Source: a virus (Duplodnaviria; Caudoviricetes). Taken from it: a DNA stretch of 47,975 nucleotides. How positions within the stretch are numbered: position 1 is the first letter of the stretch; each line of letters starts with the position of its first letter. The DNA lies in the IMG/VR virus record IMGVR_UViG_3300046779_002415, positions 1-47,975 of that record. One strand, given 5' to 3'. Made by a program: the position numbers and the translations under genes. Positions 44,927 through 47,975 of this stretch are shown one piece after another. The notes beneath the pieces were generated by a model that made no database searches, was not told the origin of the DNA, and saw only the letters and a list, made by a program, of their open reading frames with translations.

Positions 44927-47350
44927 TTATGATCCCAGATTGTCTCTGTAGTCTGTGTTGGGGTCAAACTGTGTTGGGAAGGGTTTTAGTCCCAGCAACT
45001 TGCCGTTGGTCATCAACCAACCCACACTGTTTCTCAACTTACTCAATGCTTCGGCGTTGTTTAGTGCTGTTGTATAAGTTTCAGCGATACTCTGTGTAGC
45101 AGCACCGGCAATAATAACTTCAGCCATACTGTTAGCTCCGTTGGCCAAGGGACTGACATATACCAGACCACTGCGATTTGCCGAGTCTAATCTTCCCAGG
45201 GCGCTGGCTTCCAGACGTATGATATCTGTAGTTAGACGATTCGCTTCGACATCCAGTGCCCAGTTGTCGTTCATGTAGACTCCGGGCTTAAGTTGATAAG
45301 CATTGTTGGTGCTGCCTGGTGGTTTCAATTGGTGCTCAGCAAATACTGCTTGTCCGTGACGCAGGCGTGTGTAGTCGGTGTTGACCCAGTTGCGCCAGGC
45401 ATGATAGAAGTATACCGCGTTGTAGGATTTAACTACACTGCCGTTGACTACCTGAGTAGGGATAACTATTCTGCGGTTAGTAGTATCGAAGGTAGCAGTG
45501 GTAATTACATCATCCCAGCGCACAACACCAGTAGTGCTGTCATCTGTGGTCTGTGTGATCACGGGTGCTACTACTTCGGGACTTGCTGGTAGAACATTAA
45601 ATGTCACTCCGCCGGCTACTAAAGTTCCGTTTTCGCTGGCATAGGAACTCACGTTACTCATGGATCTTATTGTGACATTTCTGTCGGTGTTCTGGCGTAT
45701 ACTGAATACATAACTGGTATTGTTAGCATCGAGAACGCCCTGGCAGGGATTACCTCCTGCGTCAGTGACAATTGTTGAAGTGCCGGCGTCAACTACTACA
45801 AAGTTAGTGCTTAGTGCAGCATCGGGATGTAGACTTACTGTGATTACTCGTGTCTGTGGCTGAATGTAGTTACCAGCAGTACTGCTGAGATTTAGTAGTG
45901 CCAATAGTGTTCCACTTAATGCAGTGCCGTCACGTTGTCTTACCCAGAAGCCCTGTGTTAAGGTAACTTTGCCATCTGTGCCGAGACTGAAGAACTTATC
46001 CGAGAAGAATGAGTTGAATGTTGCAATCGCTGCGAACTGATTCAATAGACTCTGGCGAGTTACTGTGCCGGGTTCGACTTCGATTACACGGGTAAATGTG
46101 TGAGATAAGTTGTTGTCATCGGCTACTGTGACATTGGCTACCAGCATACGATATTTTGTATCGTCCTGTGGCAGTGCTACTGTGATTGCTGTGTCGGGTG
46201 TTTCCAGATAGTTAGTGACTTCATTCTGATAGAAGCGTTGATAACTACCGCCATTGATGCGAATATCTTCGGTTCTGTCGATAAAGTCAATGAGTTGATG
46301 CTTGATCTGTGTTCTGATACTGACATTGGCTGCTGTAGTCGAGATAGGAATAATAGTATTCTGTTGACCTGTTAGGGTAACAGCATTACCGCTGACTCCG
46401 TTGGTGATCAGTGTGTAGATGATATCGTGATCATTGTTTTCTGTGACCAATCTGTAGTTGACTTCTTCCAGTGCCGAGTTTGCTGCGAATTCGATCCAGC
46501 CTTCATTTCTGGTATTGTTCTCATTGACAATGCTCCAGTTCTCTGCGATACTGATACCCTTGACGCTGTCGAGGTCAAAGGGTTGATCGATATTGTAAGT
46601 GCCGCCGATTGCTGCCTGTGTCCATTCTCGGGCCAGAACACTGAGACCATCTCTGAGATCAGTAGCAGCGTCGAATGTGATAGTGTTGTTTGTAAAGTTG
46701 ATACTGACAACTCCACCGGCATTTTGTTGTGTGCCATTGAGATTTCTTAATGTCAGTGCAGTTGGTTGATATCCATCGCTGGCAGTCATGTTGACTGTGT
46801 ATGAGTTGACTCCCTGTGCAGTAGTAGTCACTGATTGCGAGATTGGTCTGCGACCCACGCTGTAGATGCGTAGAGTCATTGTAGTGTTTAATGCTTCAGC
46901 ATTGGTAAATGCGTGTGTTGTTGTGGCAGTTACCGCTGTCTGTGCTACTGCTCCATTGGCATAGAATAGTGTTGCACGACTGCCTACAGGTGCTCCCGAG
47001 ACTGTGATAGTTCCTGTTACAGGAACGAATGTCAATGTGCCGGTGCCGGCGTTGACAATATTGTTACTGGCTATTGTAGTGCTGACTCGGAAGTTAAAGT
47101 TAAAGTTGAATCTAATCTTATTGGTTCCCGAATAAGTGCCACCCAGCGTGTAGGTAGTATTGGCTGTAGTTACTTGTCCGGAATTGATATTGATATTACC
47201 ATCTGAGGTGTCGAATACTACATTGGTAAATGTCACAGGAACGTTTAAGTAGTTGCCCGAGGCCAAGGTAATATTAGATATTGAAGTTTCACCAGCAAAG
47301 TCAATATTACCAGTGGTCTGTAGTGCTGTAAAAGTTGTTCCTGATTGCAT
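44927..47350 (-). CDS. Putative virion/adhesin protein (807 aa)
   Basis: T/N/V-rich, beta-strand-like; AAGGA RBS; ATAAGTA box at 47368-47374. Confidence 0.7.
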   Translation of the reverse strand: MQSGTTFTALQTTGNIDFAGETSISNITLASGNYLNVPVTFTNVVFDTSDGNININSGQVTTANTTYTLGGTYSGTNKIRFNFNFNFRVSTTIASNNIVNAGTGTLTFVPVTGTITVSGAPVGSRATLFYANGAVAQTAVTATTTHAFTNAEALNTTMTLRIYSVGRRPISQSVTTTAQGVNSYTVNMTASDGYQPTALTLRNLNGTQQNAGGVVSINFTNNTITFDAATDLRDGLSVLAREWTQAAIGGTYNIDQPFDLDSVKGISIAENWSIVNENNTRNEGWIEFAANSALEEVNYRLVTENNDHDIIYTLITNGVSGNAVTLTGQQNTIIPISTTAANVSIRTQIKHQLIDFIDRTEDIRINGGSYQRFYQNEVTNYLETPDTAITVALPQDDTKYRMLVANVTVADDNNLSHTFTRVIEVEPGTVTRQSLLNQFAAIATFNSFFSDKFFSLGTDGKVTLTQGFWVRQRDGTALSGTLLALLNLSSTAGNYIQPQTRVITVSLHPDAALSTNFVVVDAGTSTIVTDAGGNPCQGVLDANNTSYVFSIRQNTDRNVTIRSMSNVSSYASENGTLVAGGVTFNVLPASPEVVAPVITQTTDDSTTGVVRWDDVITTATFDTTNRRIVIPTQVVNGSVVKSYNAVYFYHAWRNWVNTDYTRLRHGQAVFAEHQLKPPGSTNNAYQLKPGVYMNDNWALDVEANRLTTDIIRLEASALGRLDSANRSGLVYVSPLANGANSMAEVIIAGAATQSIAETYTTALNNAEALSKLRNSVGWLMTNGKLLGLKPFPTQFDPNTDYRDNLGS

Positions 47351-47370
47351 GATAGTTTCCTTTAAAATAC

Positions 47371-47975
47371 TTATGCCGTTGTTATTCTGTAGTTACCTAA
47401 AACTAACTTACTGCCATTGGCAGTTAATTCATCTGTGACATCGAAGTTAGCGGTCTGACAGAACCACTGTTTCCAGTAGCAGTAGATCTGATCTAATGTG
47501 ATCGTTCTATTAGTGATGGTAATAATATGTGGGTTCGCTGGTGTAGCAGTTCCTGTGGCTTTAGTGATAGTGATACCCGTGATGGCTGCTGCCTGTGCTT
47601 CAGTCATTGTAGCTGCTGCGTCATCGATAGCCAGGCTGGCAGTTTTTAATACTTCTGTAGCCGAAGCCAGAACTATTGTTCCGCTGGTGCTGCGACGATC
47701 ATATTTTCTTATGCGATAGACAGTTGCTTCGGCGCCGGCAGTGGTAGTAGGACAGAAATAAGTCGAAGTTGAGCCGGCAACACTGGCAGTACCTGAACTT
47801 TGCACTCCCATGGCATAGGTGTATTCTGCTGTAGCAATACCACCGACGTTGCTGGTTAAATTTAATATAGGCTGTGATCTCGTTGCCTGTGTGAGACCCT
47901 TGGGTCGATAATTTATAGTATTGTTATTAGCATTGACCCAGATTTTAGCATTCTCGAGTGCTGCACCAGCAGCAT
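47371..47975 (-). CDS. 3' part of the junction-spanning ~494-aa protein starting at 1007
   Basis: In frame across the terminal overlap. Confidence 0.85.
   Translation of the reverse strand, partial: AAGAALENAKIWVNANNNTINYRPKGLTQATRSQPILNLTSNVGGIATAEYTYAMGVQSSGTASVAGSTSTYFCPTTTAGAEATVYRIRKYDRRSTSGTIVLASATEVLKTASLAIDDAAATMTEAQAAAITGITITKATGTATPANPHIITITNRTITLDQIYCYWKQWFCQTANFDVTDELTANGSKLVLGNYRITTA
47849..47975. repeat. Terminal direct repeat copy 2
   Basis: Identical to 1..127. Confidence 0.95.

Noticed and set aside
44734-44967. 77-aa minus-strand ORF
   Set aside because: Overlaps three better-supported genes that have RBS or ATGA coupling.
47849-47975. 127-bp repeat as a biological terminal repeat
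   Set aside because: It lies mid-gene and its length matches a common assembler k-mer; it shows circularity, not packaging ends.
1-47975. tRNA, rRNA, IS elements
   Set aside because: No cloverleaf, rRNA-like sequence or transposase recognised by eye; tRNAscan-SE and Infernal were not run.

Overview
This appears to be a complete circular genome (about 47,848 bp after removing a 127-bp end overlap) of an uncultured long-tailed (siphovirus-type) phage. The minus strand carries packaging genes (HNH, TerS, TerL, portal), head genes (scaffold, major capsid), tail genes (tube, frameshifted chaperones, tape measure, tail tip) and about 25 kb of tail fibre/adhesin genes, including a 2965-aa repeat protein. 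A plus-strand island (33.4-38.8 kb) splits the head module. It holds a compact family-A polymerase-like gene and five small genes, each behind a copy of a ~180-bp palindrome/operator/sigma70-promoter/stem-loop cassette. Hidden features: an ORF-less 249-nt group I intron in the major capsid gene, T4-late-promoter-like ATAAATA boxes at minus-strand gene boundaries with no recognisable sigma factor, and two candidate late sRNAs with anti-Shine-Dalgarno segments. I recognised no helicase, primase, SSB, integrase, repressor or endolysin. Main hypothesis (inference only): a virion-forming phage that borrows late transcription, and perhaps replication and lysis, from a T4-like helper. All product calls come from motif recognition and gene order, not database searches.
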